Assembly (NCBI GenBank): GCA_016282315.1
Contig: JAEEKG010000103.1
Coordinates: 6,749 to 70,748 of the forward strand
Length of the DNA: 64,000 nt
Direction: 5' to 3'
DNA from: Clostridiales bacterium
GTDB lineage: Bacteria; Bacillota; Clostridia; Oscillospirales; CAG-272
Positions 8,701-18,359 of the stretch are shown piece after piece. The position numbers were made by a program, and so were the translations under genes. Positions within the stretch are counted from its first letter, which is position 1. The number at the start of each line of letters is the position of its first letter. A model generated the notes under the pieces. That model did not search any database. It saw nothing but the letters and a program-made list of their open reading frames with translations, and was not told the origin of the DNA.

Positions 8701-10602
8701 ATGAAAAGAGTATTAACTATCATAATTGCTTTGCTGATGGTTTTGTCAAGCATGGCTTATGCAATAGGTTGTACAAGCAAGCCGAGCGAAGAGACTACAG
8801 CTAATGTAGAAACAACATCGACTAAGGCTGATGTGACAGAGACAACTGAAAAGGATACTACCGCATCAACCACAGCAACAACTACAAGCAAAGATACTAC
8901 AGTGACCACCACTGAAGAAACGACTACAGAAGAAACAACCACTGAAGAACCCGAGCCTGAATATCTCAGACCAGTCGTTGATTTCAACGATTTTGAGTTT
9001 GTAATGGTTGAACAATCAGAAATAGATGAAGTTGAAAACTTCCTTACTAATGCCGTTGAACAGAACAACTTTGACCTGATTGTTGAAGGGTACGAAAAAT
9101 TTAATGATCTTTACTTTAAACTAAGTACAATGTCATCATTGGCAAGCATTATCTACTACAAGAATACTGTTGAGAATGCTGAGTATGACACATTATCTAC
9201 TCAACTGGACGATATGTTTGACAAATTATTGGTGTTCTTTGTTAAAACAACATATAAGATTTTGACAGAGAGCGAATTTGCGGACAAAATAAGAGGCGAA
9301 GTTGTCAGCGAAGCAGATTGTGAGTTTGTTCTTGAGAATTATGAGACATATACTGATGAATATGCTGAAATCAATGCAAGAATCTCTGCTCTTGAAGCAG
9401 AATACAACGATGCTCTTAACAACACTACCATCGATATAGACGGCAAAGCTTGTACTACAAATGATATTGTCACATTGTTCCAAAATGGCGAAATCTCAAC
9501 CATCAAGTACTACGGATATATGGAAAAATCATATAATGCAGTTGCAAAGGCAGTTGCTGTAGTATATGACAAAATAATAGCCGCATACAAAGAAAAAGCA
9601 CAAATGCTTGGCTATTCATCTGCATGTGAAATGCAATACGATCTTGTGTTTGATAGATCATATACTCCTGAAAAGGCAAGAGAGTATTGGGCATTTGTAA
9701 AAGAGTATATAGTTCCTTTGCAAAAAGAATTGAATGATTCATTAACTGGTTCAGAGGAAAACACTATATATGGATACAGTCGTAAAAAAGGTTTGCTTGA
9801 AAGATTTGACAAAGTTACAGTTGAATATTTCAAGGAAGTGTCACCTGAAATGTATAACGCATGGAGATACATCAACAAATGCAATCTTATAGATATATCT
9901 TCTGATGTAAACAGATATGATTCTTCTTTTACAACATTTTTCTATGAATACGATGTTCCATACATTTTTATTAAAGCTCAGGATGGCTTCAGTGATGTAA
10001 TGACAAGAATTCACGAGTTCGGACATTTCTTTACATACTATGTTAAAGGATTAGAGGGCACAGGTGACTATGATGTAAAGGAAATCCAGTCACAGGGAAG
10101 CGAAATGCTGTTCTTTGTCTATGTCAAGAAAGTGTTGGCTTCTGCATATAAAGCCTTATTGAAGGATCAGATAATAAGCAATCTTGATGCCATTATAGAG
10201 GGTGCTTTGCATGATGAATTCCAGCAAAAAGCATTTGAACTTGAAGTTGTAAATTATAGCACTCTGTATAAATTGTTTAGTTCATTGTCTAAAGAATATG
10301 GCATGGACTACTCAAATTATATTGTTGACGGAAATGACTTGTGGGCGCTGTATCCTCACCACTATCAATCTCCTTTCTACTATATAAGCTATGGTATGTC
10401 AGCTATATCTGCTCTGGATTTGTATGTAATCAGTAATGATGACAGACAACTTGCAATAGACAAGTATCTGGAAATAGTTAATGCTGATGAAAACGAGAAT
10501 TATCTTGACGTAATCACAAGGGTTGGTCTGCACTCTCCTTTTGAAGAGTCAACATATGAACACATTTCATCTTCGTTAAAGGCAATATTCAATTTGAAAT
10601 AA
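8701..10602 (+). CDS. Lipoprotein-anchored M3B-family oligoendopeptidase (PepF-like)
   Basis: Signal peptide with lipobox AIGC, a Thr/Glu-rich linker (TTEETTTEETTTEEPEPE), and the zinc motif HEFGH with a downstream EIQSQGSE, as in M3 peptidases. Confidence 0.85.
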   Translation: MKRVLTIIIALLMVLSSMAYAIGCTSKPSEETTANVETTSTKADVTETTEKDTTASTTATTTSKDTTVTTTEETTTEETTTEEPEPEYLRPVVDFNDFEFVMVEQSEIDEVENFLTNAVEQNNFDLIVEGYEKFNDLYFKLSTMSSLASIIYYKNTVENAEYDTLSTQLDDMFDKLLVFFVKTTYKILTESEFADKIRGEVVSEADCEFVLENYETYTDEYAEINARISALEAEYNDALNNTTIDIDGKACTTNDIVTLFQNGEISTIKYYGYMEKSYNAVAKAVAVVYDKIIAAYKEKAQMLGYSSACEMQYDLVFDRSYTPEKAREYWAFVKEYIVPLQKELNDSLTGSEENTIYGYSRKKGLLERFDKVTVEYFKEVSPEMYNAWRYINKCNLIDISSDVNRYDSSFTTFFYEYDVPYIFIKAQDGFSDVMTRIHEFGHFFTYYVKGLEGTGDYDVKEIQSQGSEMLFFVYVKKVLASAYKALLKDQIISNLDAIIEGALHDEFQQKAFELEVVNYSTLYKLFSSLSKEYGMDYSNYIVDGNDLWALYPHHYQSPFYYISYGMSAISALDLYVISNDDRQLAIDKYLEIVNADENENYLDVITRVGLHSPFEESTYEHISSSLKAIFNLK

Positions 10603-10611
10603 TTAACTTAA

Positions 10612-10637
10612 AAGAGAGGCGCGTCCTCTCTTTTTTG
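10612..10637 (+). terminator. Rho-independent terminator
   Basis: Stem aagagagg / cctctctt with a 5-nt loop, running directly into a T6 run. Confidence 0.75.
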
Positions 10638-10694
10638 TTGAAGTTGATTGTTTTTTTTTATATAATGATATTATCTAACACATCGGAGTTTTTT

Positions 10695-11099
10695 ATGAGA
10701 ATTGTTGTTATAGACGGACAGGGCGGAAAAATAGGACAATTAGTTGTAGAAGCAATCGTTAAAGAAGGCATTACGTGTGAATTGATTGCTATAGGTACAA
10801 ATAGTATAGCAACCAGTGCAATGATAAAAGCAGGAGCACATCAAGGCGCCACAGGTGAAAATCCAGTTATTGTGACATGCAGGGATGCAGATGTAATAAT
10901 CGGTCCTATAGGTATTGTTTCAGCAGATTCGCTTTTAGGTGAAATCACCCCTAAAATGGCAGTGGCAATCGGGCAGAGCAAAGCGACAAAACTTCTTTTG
11001 CCGGTCAGCCATTGTAACAATATTGTTGTAGGTGTGAAGAATTTGTCCATATCGGAACTCGTAAAGGAAACAATAGAGAATATCAAAAAAATAGTGTGA
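10695..11099 (+). CDS. DUF3842-like small soluble protein
   Basis: The start MRIVVIDGQGGKIGQLVVEAI.. and the block GATGENPVIVTCRDADVIIGPIGIV resemble the DUF3842 family (from memory). ATG 10695 follows GGAG; the upstream part of the track ORF is leader sequence. Confidence 0.7.
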   Translation: MRIVVIDGQGGKIGQLVVEAIVKEGITCELIAIGTNSIATSAMIKAGAHQGATGENPVIVTCRDADVIIGPIGIVSADSLLGEITPKMAVAIGQSKATKLLLPVSHCNNIVVGVKNLSISELVKETIENIKKIV

Positions 11100-11104
11100 C
11101 ATTT

Positions 11105-11143
11105 TACCCGGAGAAATACAAAGATTTCTTCGGGTATATTTTT
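11105..11143 (+). terminator. Rho-independent terminator
   Basis: 13-bp stem tacccggagaaat / atttcttcgggta (one G-U pair) followed by tatttttgg. Confidence 0.7.
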
Positions 11144-11242
11144 GGCGATGACGTTTTTGGAATATGCGCGGTTTTCATTGATTTTCACCATGATTTGGTA
11201 TATCATATAAACTGAAAAAATATGAGTTGAGGAAACCAAAAT

Positions 11243-12487
11243 ATGTACATAAAAAGTGATACATACATAAAAGATGATCAACTGTTCGAAACCTTAAAAG
11301 AGTCTTTAAAAGATAAAGACTTGAAGAAGGTTTTAATATTGCCTCCGGATTATACAAGAATGTATTCCGGCGCAGGCAAGATAACGGCAATGTATTATGA
11401 GCTGCTTAAAGACAGTTGTCAGATAGATATTATGCCTGCTCTTGGAACACATGAACCGATGACCCAAACCGAGTGGAACGCATTTTTCGGTTCGAATGTT
11501 CCATTTGACAAGATGATAATTCATAGATGGAGAGATGATGTTGTCAAGATAGGAGAAGTGCCATCTGAGTTCGTCTCCGAAGTTTCCGAAGGACTTGTGA
11601 AGACAAAGATAGATGTCGAAGTCAACAAGAGATTGCTTGACAAATCTTATGATTTGATCATATCCATAGGTCAGGTCGTACCACATGAAGTTGTCGGAAT
11701 GGCAAATTACTCCAAGAATATATTTGTCGGTTGCGGCGGATCGAGTATGATAAACTCTTCACACATGCTCGGAGCGTTCTACGGTATGGAAAGAGTAATG
11801 GGCAAGGATTTCTCACCGGTCAGAAAAGTGTTCGATTACGCAGAACAGAATTTCTTGAAAGAAGTGCCTTTGATGTATGTTCTTACAGTAACATCGAATA
11901 AAGGCGATGAGACATTTATTCATGATTTATTTGTGGGAAGGTCAAGGACCTTGTTCGAAATGGCTGTCAAAGAGAGCCAGAGAGTCAATTTAACGCACGT
12001 TAAGGAGCCTTTTAAAAAAGTGGTGGTATATCTTGACCCGAGAGAGTTCAAGAGCACATGGCTCGGAAATAAGGCCATATACAGGACCAGAATGGCTATA
12101 GCTGACGGAGGAGACCTCATCATACTGGCTCCCGGAGTCAAAAAGTTCGGCGAAGATCCTGAAAACGACAGGCTTATAAGAAAATACGGGTATTGCGGCA
12201 GAAAGAAAGTGCTTGGACTTGTCGAAACGGAAAAAGAATTACAAAACAATTTGTCCGTTGCTGCCCATTTGATCCATGGGTCTTCTGACGGAAGATTCAA
12301 TATAACATATTGCACAAAAGAATTGTCAAAGGAAGAAGTGGAAAATGCGGATTTTTCATATATTCCTTATGATGAAATCAAAAACAAATATGATGTTCAG
12401 AAACTAAAAGACGGATATAACAATGTGGATGGGGAGGAAATCTTCTACATATCTAATCCTGCTTTGGGTTTATGGACAATAGAATAA
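11243..12487 (+). CDS. LarA-family protein (lactate racemase-like; putative nickel-pincer-cofactor 2-hydroxyacid racemase/epimerase)
   Basis: It aligns by eye to L. plantarum LarA blocks: PPDYTRM (cf SSDHTRP), ALGTHEP (cf ATGFHRP, His108), VVPHEVVGMANYSKNI (cf IESHFFAGFSGGRKSV, His174/Lys184) and INSSH (cf MANHS, His200). Confidence 0.75.
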   Translation: MYIKSDTYIKDDQLFETLKESLKDKDLKKVLILPPDYTRMYSGAGKITAMYYELLKDSCQIDIMPALGTHEPMTQTEWNAFFGSNVPFDKMIIHRWRDDVVKIGEVPSEFVSEVSEGLVKTKIDVEVNKRLLDKSYDLIISIGQVVPHEVVGMANYSKNIFVGCGGSSMINSSHMLGAFYGMERVMGKDFSPVRKVFDYAEQNFLKEVPLMYVLTVTSNKGDETFIHDLFVGRSRTLFEMAVKESQRVNLTHVKEPFKKVVVYLDPREFKSTWLGNKAIYRTRMAIADGGDLIILAPGVKKFGEDPENDRLIRKYGYCGRKKVLGLVETEKELQNNLSVAAHLIHGSSDGRFNITYCTKELSKEEVENADFSYIPYDEIKNKYDVQKLKDGYNNVDGEEIFYISNPALGLWTIE

Positions 12488-12508
12488 AAGAGACAAGAGG
12501 GAAAAGAA

Positions 12509-13969
12509 ATGAAAAAATCAGACATCGGTCTTATAGGACTTGCAGTTATGGGCGAAAACCTGGTAATGAACATGGAGAGCCATGGATTCCAGGTATCTGT
12601 ATTTAACAGAACAACTGAAAAAGTTAAGAGTTTTGTTGAGGGAAGAGCTAAGGGCAAGAATATTGTAGGAACATATTCTCTTGAAGAATTAGTAGATTCT
12701 CTTGAAAAGCCTCGTAAAGTAATGATGATGGTTAAGGCAGGAGAAGCTGTTGATCAGATGATTGAAAAACTTCTTCCTTTGCTCGATGACGGAGACATCA
12801 TTATCGATGGAGGCAACTCACATTTTCCGGATACTGCAAGAAGAACTGCTTATGTTGAAAGCCAGGGAAAACTGTATATAGGTACAGGTGTTTCAGGCGG
12901 TGAAGAAGGTGCGTTGAAAGGCCCAAGCCTAATGCCGGGCGGTTCACCTAAAGCTTGGCCGAGCGTAAAGCCTATACTTCAGGCAATAAGTGCTAAAGTT
13001 GAAGATGGTTCTCCTTGTTGTGACTGGGTAGGTGAAAACGGAGCAGGTCACTTTGTAAAGATGGTTCATAACGGAATTGAATACGGTGATATGCAGCTTA
13101 TTTGTGAAGCATATCAGTTCATGAAAGATTATCTTAAGATGTCAGCTGATGAAATGCACGATGTTTTTGCCGAGTGGAACAAAGGCGAGCTTGACTCATA
13201 CCTTATTGAAATAACAACAAATATCCTTGAATACAAAGACAAAGACGGATCACCTCTTGTTGAAAAAATACTGGATACTGCAGGACAAAAGGGAACAGGT
13301 AAGTGGACTGGTATAGCTGCTCTTGATGAAGGAGTACCGCTTACATTGATCACTGAAGCTGTGTTCTCACGCTGCATTTCTGCCATGAAAGAAGAAAGAG
13401 TCAATGCTTCTTCAGTATTGGGTGGAGAAATTGAAACAAAGACATTTACAGACAGCGAGAAAAAAGAAATAGTTGAAAAGCTCAGACAGGCTCTGTTAGC
13501 TTCCAAGATTATTTCTTACACTCAGGGATATACATTGATGAAGTCTGCAGCCAAAACATATGGCTGGAACCTCAACTACGGCGGAATAGCTCTTATGTGG
13601 AGAGGCGGATGCATAATTCGTTCGGTATTCCTTGGCAAGATTAAGGAAGCTTATGACAAAAATCCCGAACTTGAGAATCTGCTCCTTGACCCGTATTTCT
13701 GCGACAAGATCAAATCTCTGGTTCCTGCTTGGAGAGCAATAGTTTCAAAGGCAGTTGAAGCAGGAATTCCTGTACCGGCATTTGCAGCAGCTTTGTCATA
13801 TTATGACGGACTGAGATGCTCAAGACTTCCGGCAAATCTTCTTCAGGCACAAAGAGACTATTTCGGCGCTCACACATATGAAAGAGTTGATGCTCCGAGA
13901 GGTTTGTTCTTCCACACCAATTGGACAGGCGAAGGCGGAAATACAGCTGCCACACAATATACAGTTTAA
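12509..13969 (+). CDS. gnd: 6-phosphogluconate dehydrogenase, decarboxylating
   Basis: Classic Gnd sequence throughout: IGLIGLAVMGENLVMNMESHGF, GTGVSGGEEGA, GAGHFVKMVHNGIEYGDMQLI, RDYFGAHTYER. Confidence 0.95.
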   Translation: MKKSDIGLIGLAVMGENLVMNMESHGFQVSVFNRTTEKVKSFVEGRAKGKNIVGTYSLEELVDSLEKPRKVMMMVKAGEAVDQMIEKLLPLLDDGDIIIDGGNSHFPDTARRTAYVESQGKLYIGTGVSGGEEGALKGPSLMPGGSPKAWPSVKPILQAISAKVEDGSPCCDWVGENGAGHFVKMVHNGIEYGDMQLICEAYQFMKDYLKMSADEMHDVFAEWNKGELDSYLIEITTNILEYKDKDGSPLVEKILDTAGQKGTGKWTGIAALDEGVPLTLITEAVFSRCISAMKEERVNASSVLGGEIETKTFTDSEKKEIVEKLRQALLASKIISYTQGYTLMKSAAKTYGWNLNYGGIALMWRGGCIIRSVFLGKIKEAYDKNPELENLLLDPYFCDKIKSLVPAWRAIVSKAVEAGIPVPAFAAALSYYDGLRCSRLPANLLQAQRDYFGAHTYERVDAPRGLFFHTNWTGEGGNTAATQYTV

Positions 13970-13984
13970 TAAGGGGATTGAGTT

Positions 13985-15061
13985 ATGTTGAATATTAAGA
14001 AAGAATATAAATATGCTCTTGTAGTACCAACAAGTATGGGCGTCAGGATTTGTCCTAAAGACGGTCAACCAGTAGCTGCTTCAGATACATTCTTTATGCA
14101 GGCAACAAGTGCTGAAACAAATGTTGCAAGCATCTCTTCTTACCTCGGACTTCCAACACACGTTCTGACTACTTTTGTAAAAGACAGCCCAATAGCTGCA
14201 TTCATTAAACAGAATCTCCGTTCAAGAGGCATGACATTTGAAGGCGCAGAAGTTGAACAGGGCGGACCGTGGGGTTATCGTCATCAGTTCAATATTGCTG
14301 ACAGCGGCTATGGTTCAAGAGGACCAAGAGTTACAAATGACAGAGCAGGCGAAGTTGGTAGAACTCTTAACGTTAAAGATTTTGATTTGGAAAGATTGTT
14401 TGGAAAAGAAGGTGTTGCAGTACTTCATCTTTCAGGACTTATTGGAGCTTTATCCGAAGAAACTAGCAAATTCTGTCTTGAACTTGCCAGAGCTGCTAAG
14501 AAATATGGAACACTCATTTCATTTGACTTAAACTACAGAGCTTCTTTCTGGAAAGGAAGAGAAGAAGAACTCAGAAATACTTTTACAGAGATTGCTTCTG
14601 TGGCAGACATTCTTGTCGGAAATGAAGAAGACTTCCAGTTGTGCCTTGGAATCAAAGGACCTGAAGCGGGCGGAAAAGATATAGCTGCAAAGATTGACGG
14701 CTTCAAAGGCATGATTAACTGCGTCAAAGAAAAATTCCCGAATGCAAAAGTGTTTGCAACAACACTAAGACAAGTTGTCAATGCAAATTCACATCTCTGG
14801 GGAGCAATAATGCTTTCTGAAGACGGATGGAGTGTTGTTGAACCGAGAGAAATCCACGTTCTTGACAGAATAGGCGGAGGAGACGGATTTGTAGGTGGTC
14901 TCATCTATGGTTTAATCAAAGGATTCTCATATGAGGATGCTTTCCATTTCGGATGGGCAACAGGTGCTTTGGCAACCACATTCCTGACAGACTATGCTCA
15001 GCCTGCTGATGAAGAACAGGTATGGAGTGTCTGGAGCGGAAACGCAAGAGTTAAGAGATAA
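13985..15061 (+). CDS. PfkB-family sugar/sugar-acid kinase (KdgK-like)
   Basis: The ribokinase-superfamily C-terminal motif VLDRIGGGDGFVGGLIYGL and the overall length fit 2-dehydro-3-deoxygluconokinase-like kinases. Substrate is not determinable from sequence. Confidence 0.8.
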   Translation: MLNIKKEYKYALVVPTSMGVRICPKDGQPVAASDTFFMQATSAETNVASISSYLGLPTHVLTTFVKDSPIAAFIKQNLRSRGMTFEGAEVEQGGPWGYRHQFNIADSGYGSRGPRVTNDRAGEVGRTLNVKDFDLERLFGKEGVAVLHLSGLIGALSEETSKFCLELARAAKKYGTLISFDLNYRASFWKGREEELRNTFTEIASVADILVGNEEDFQLCLGIKGPEAGGKDIAAKIDGFKGMINCVKEKFPNAKVFATTLRQVVNANSHLWGAIMLSEDGWSVVEPREIHVLDRIGGGDGFVGGLIYGLIKGFSYEDAFHFGWATGALATTFLTDYAQPADEEQVWSVWSGNARVKR

Positions 15062-15074
15062 CATGTTTATTAAC

Positions 15075-15114
15075 AAAAAATGAGTGAGAGAATGTTTTTT
15101 CTCACTCATTTTGC
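15075..15114 (+). terminator. Rho-independent terminator of the larA-like/gnd/kinase unit
   Basis: Stem aaaatgagtgag / ctcactcatttt around a T-rich loop. Confidence 0.7.
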
Positions 15115-15517
15115 AAAAATGGATTAAAGTTGTAACCTTTTGGCATATATTTCTTACTATTATGGTGAAAGGACTTTCAAAAACACGGGCAAAAAAATTG
15201 GGTGGACAGTACGCTTATTTGAAAAAGGATCTGAATACTACCTCACAGCTCCATCGATTTGGGGATATACTCCGTAAACATACGCTCTCAGCGGAGTTAT
15301 AGAAAAATACTATTCAATAATTACTTTCTATTACTACCCAGACGAAAAACCAAATGAATCTAACTCATCATATATAACAGAACCAATTGTATTTACAACA
15401 TATGAGGTAACCGAGAAGGCTGATATTTCATAGACCATGATTTTTCATGCAAAACCAATGGTTTTTCCATAGATATTCAGCATGCAACCATTGTCAGATA
15501 ATCTTGTATAACCAAAA

Positions 15518-15555
15518 GAGCTGTTTAAATCCCCGTTGATAGGGATAAACAGCTC
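15518..15555 (-). terminator. Bidirectional hairpin terminator downstream of the C1 peptidase gene
   Basis: Arms gagctgttta..tccc / ggga..taaacagctc, flanked by A-run/T-run sequence on both sides (accaaaa / attattttt). Confidence 0.6.
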
Positions 15556-15600
15556 ATTATTTTTGCTTATTATTTCGCTATATTACTACACAAAAACAGA

Positions 15601-18303
15601 TTAATTGTCTTCGCAAACGTATATGTAATTGTCTGACCATTCAGAGGCTACGTAATAGGCATCATCATCTTCATTATATAGATATTCAGCCATTTCATCA
15701 TCCATTTCCATGCCCGTGACGTCGAAGTATGCTAATGCATTTATTTCATAGTTGCAGTTTTCTTCTATTTCAAATTCGAAATTTGTTCCGTTAACGGTTG
15801 CAAATGACCATTCATCTTTATAGGCAACTGAGTAACAGACTAAATATCCTGCAGGGTTATATTTTGATAAATCAGTAAACGAACCCTTTAACATTCCGTC
15901 TTCGACATATACATCAATAATTTCCGGTGAATTTGGTACAACTTCAAAATATACAACAGGGGATACGTCTTCTGCTAATTCTATTCCAATAGGGGTAATT
16001 ACAGCTTTGCCCACTCCGCAGCTGTCAATGTTAAAGAACTCAACTTCATAGTCTTTACCTTCGGTCAGTATAATTCCATTGGTGGCATATACCTCACAAT
16101 TAGGTAATTCTTCATTATCTTCAAATATGTAATTGTCAACGATTATTCCATCTATGTATACTCCTTTGACTTCAAAGCGAACCACAGTTGTTCCAATTCC
16201 ATCAACACTGACTGTGATGTGAACCACGCCTGGATTCTTTGCTAAAACTCTCAGGTATCCTCCGTTCTTGAGTTCCTCAACTTCAATTACATCCTGATCT
16301 TCTTCTATAACGCCCCAATGAATTTCGGGCATGCCCATTTCTCGGTCACCATCTCCTTCGAAACGTATTTTTATGACAGTCATGTCCATATCTTCTCTAA
16401 GATACAGAGTCCATTCGCTATCTGAAAGAGCATCAACTATATTGAGTTCCATTCTTCCTTCAACTGGAATACTAAATGCCTTAATCGGGAAGTTGTCAAG
16501 ACAGAACGTGTAGTCATGGTGCTTTTCAGTTGTTTCATCAGCTTTTTCTTGGGCGATTTTTGTATAATCAACCCACTCGCCGTCTTCAAACATAAAGCTT
16601 TCATTTTTGTTGATGACAGTGTTTACACTCTTATCGGACAAATGAGTGTAGTCACCGGAAACGTTTACTATATATTTGCCGTCACCATCGGTCATTGTGA
16701 TGACAACTGAGTACAATTGATTGTACTGAAGCAATGTCTGAGAGTCTAGTTTAATTCTGTAATAACCGGAGTGTGCAATGTCTTCGCATCCCTCGCTTAC
16801 AAGCAAACCATCCTCAGGATTTGTATAGTTGTCTCCAAGAAGGTAAACGCTGTATTGAACATGTAAACCATCTACCGGAGCAATGAATGAGATGGCATCG
16901 AGCAGCTGAGTTCCGCTTGTCTTGAAAACGTTAGACATCTTGTGCTCTGTTTCGTATCCTTCGTTGTTAAAAAATGCATTTGCGAAGTAGTTGTGCTGGT
17001 CGATTTTGTAGTCATTTTCGGAAGTTTTTTCTTCAAAGCCATATACAGTAATATCTGATATGGACATGTCGTAATATGACATCCAAAAATATCCTGATCC
17101 GACCATGATAGGATCACCGTTCTCATCTGTCATGACATTTCCGTTGCTGTCCTTTAACGGAACCTGTATGCCCCATTCACCTGTGCCGCAGTTTGGAAAT
17201 TCTTCTTCGCCTGATCCCCAGCTGTTTTTGACAAGCCATGCACCGTTTTCAGGCGGTTGATGTCCCTCTTGGAAGTTTTCCTTTGGGTAATTGTCATCGT
17301 ATCCGACAACAGTCACAGCATGATCTCCAGACTCATTTTCCCATGTATAATGAGCCCAGGTATCAGTGTTTAGATACTTGCCCGGTGCTTCATCATCGGC
17401 ATCAGGGCTTGCCTGGTCTGCCTTGAATCCTATATTTAATCCTCGTCTTTGCAACAGCTGGAGTTTCATTGCTTCAACAGCTTCGGGATTATATGTATAT
17501 TCGCCGTCAACATATTTTGCCGGAGAATCAAGATGCAATGCATAAAGAAGCACATAGTCAAATTTGAAGCGGTATTCTTCAGGGATTGACCAGTCGTCAT
17601 CAGCACTGTAAGCGAAGTTTTTAAATTCTCCATTAATGATACGCTGTTGTGTATAGCCGTTTGCACCTTTGTATATAAACACTTCATTTCCTTCTTTGTA
17701 TTCCTCGGAAAGACCTACTCCTTGAGCAAACATTTCTATGGCATGGCTTGAGAAACCGCCGGTGTTATAAAGCGAATCATTGCCTGTGCTTGCGGGAATG
17801 TGACCCTCGCCGTTTTGAGGATTGTTTTCGTCATCTATGGGAAGGTTAAGAAAATAAGTAAACTGTTTCTCTGAAAGATCAAAGGTTTTGTAAGCATCGG
17901 GGTCATCTAGATACAATGAACCTAGAATGCTTATTTCAGATGCTGCAATTGCAGCAAATCCCCAGCACGTTCCGTACGGGTTCTGCATTTTGACCTTTGT
18001 GACAAAACATCTGTCTCCAATTCCATCTCCGTCAGTGTCAATTGAGCGCAGGTCAAACGATGATGGAATACCATATTCTCTCCAACCATCTTCATCGAGT
18101 GTAAATATGAAAGGTGTTTCCACCTCAATGGGGGTGTCCGTTTCAATCGGACTTGTCGTGGTTTCATCATGTATAGCAGTAGTTTCGGTAACAGCAGTTG
18201 TTTCAGTGTTTTGGTTGACAACCGCGGATGAACATGATGTGAGCACGAGTGAAATTGCCATAATTATGACAATTGCCAGTGAAAACAAGGCTTTTTTTGA
18301 CAT
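15601..18303 (-). CDS. Papain-like (C1 family) cysteine peptidase lipoprotein with long beta-rich C-terminal region
   Basis: Lipobox LTSC. Catalytic blocks QNPYGTCWGFAAIAASE (Gln/Cys), GDHAVTVVGYDD (His) and WLVKNSWGSG (Asn). AGGAG precedes the ATG. About 450 C-terminal residues look like Ig-like or other beta-rich domains. Confidence 0.85.
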   Translation of the reverse strand: MSKKALFSLAIVIIMAISLVLTSCSSAVVNQNTETTAVTETTAIHDETTTSPIETDTPIEVETPFIFTLDEDGWREYGIPSSFDLRSIDTDGDGIGDRCFVTKVKMQNPYGTCWGFAAIAASEISILGSLYLDDPDAYKTFDLSEKQFTYFLNLPIDDENNPQNGEGHIPASTGNDSLYNTGGFSSHAIEMFAQGVGLSEEYKEGNEVFIYKGANGYTQQRIINGEFKNFAYSADDDWSIPEEYRFKFDYVLLYALHLDSPAKYVDGEYTYNPEAVEAMKLQLLQRRGLNIGFKADQASPDADDEAPGKYLNTDTWAHYTWENESGDHAVTVVGYDDNYPKENFQEGHQPPENGAWLVKNSWGSGEEEFPNCGTGEWGIQVPLKDSNGNVMTDENGDPIMVGSGYFWMSYYDMSISDITVYGFEEKTSENDYKIDQHNYFANAFFNNEGYETEHKMSNVFKTSGTQLLDAISFIAPVDGLHVQYSVYLLGDNYTNPEDGLLVSEGCEDIAHSGYYRIKLDSQTLLQYNQLYSVVITMTDGDGKYIVNVSGDYTHLSDKSVNTVINKNESFMFEDGEWVDYTKIAQEKADETTEKHHDYTFCLDNFPIKAFSIPVEGRMELNIVDALSDSEWTLYLREDMDMTVIKIRFEGDGDREMGMPEIHWGVIEEDQDVIEVEELKNGGYLRVLAKNPGVVHITVSVDGIGTTVVRFEVKGVYIDGIIVDNYIFEDNEELPNCEVYATNGIILTEGKDYEVEFFNIDSCGVGKAVITPIGIELAEDVSPVVYFEVVPNSPEIIDVYVEDGMLKGSFTDLSKYNPAGYLVCYSVAYKDEWSFATVNGTNFEFEIEENCNYEINALAYFDVTGMEMDDEMAEYLYNEDDDAYYVASEWSDNYIYVCEDN

Positions 18304-18359
18304 TGTTGATTCTCCTCTGTGTAAAAATATACTTTATAACTTACGCAAAAATTCTGCAA

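Noticed and set aside
8757-9068. 103-aa minus-strand ORF rich in Val/Ser repeats
   Set aside because: It is the mirror image of the Thr/Glu-rich linker coding repeats of the PepF-like lipoprotein, so it is an artefact of the repeat.
15084-15302. 72-aa ORF from the six-frame track downstream of the kinase gene
   Set aside because: It starts inside the terminator hairpin, has no RBS, and overlaps in another frame the more protein-like relic frame (15128-15433). It is most likely not a gene.
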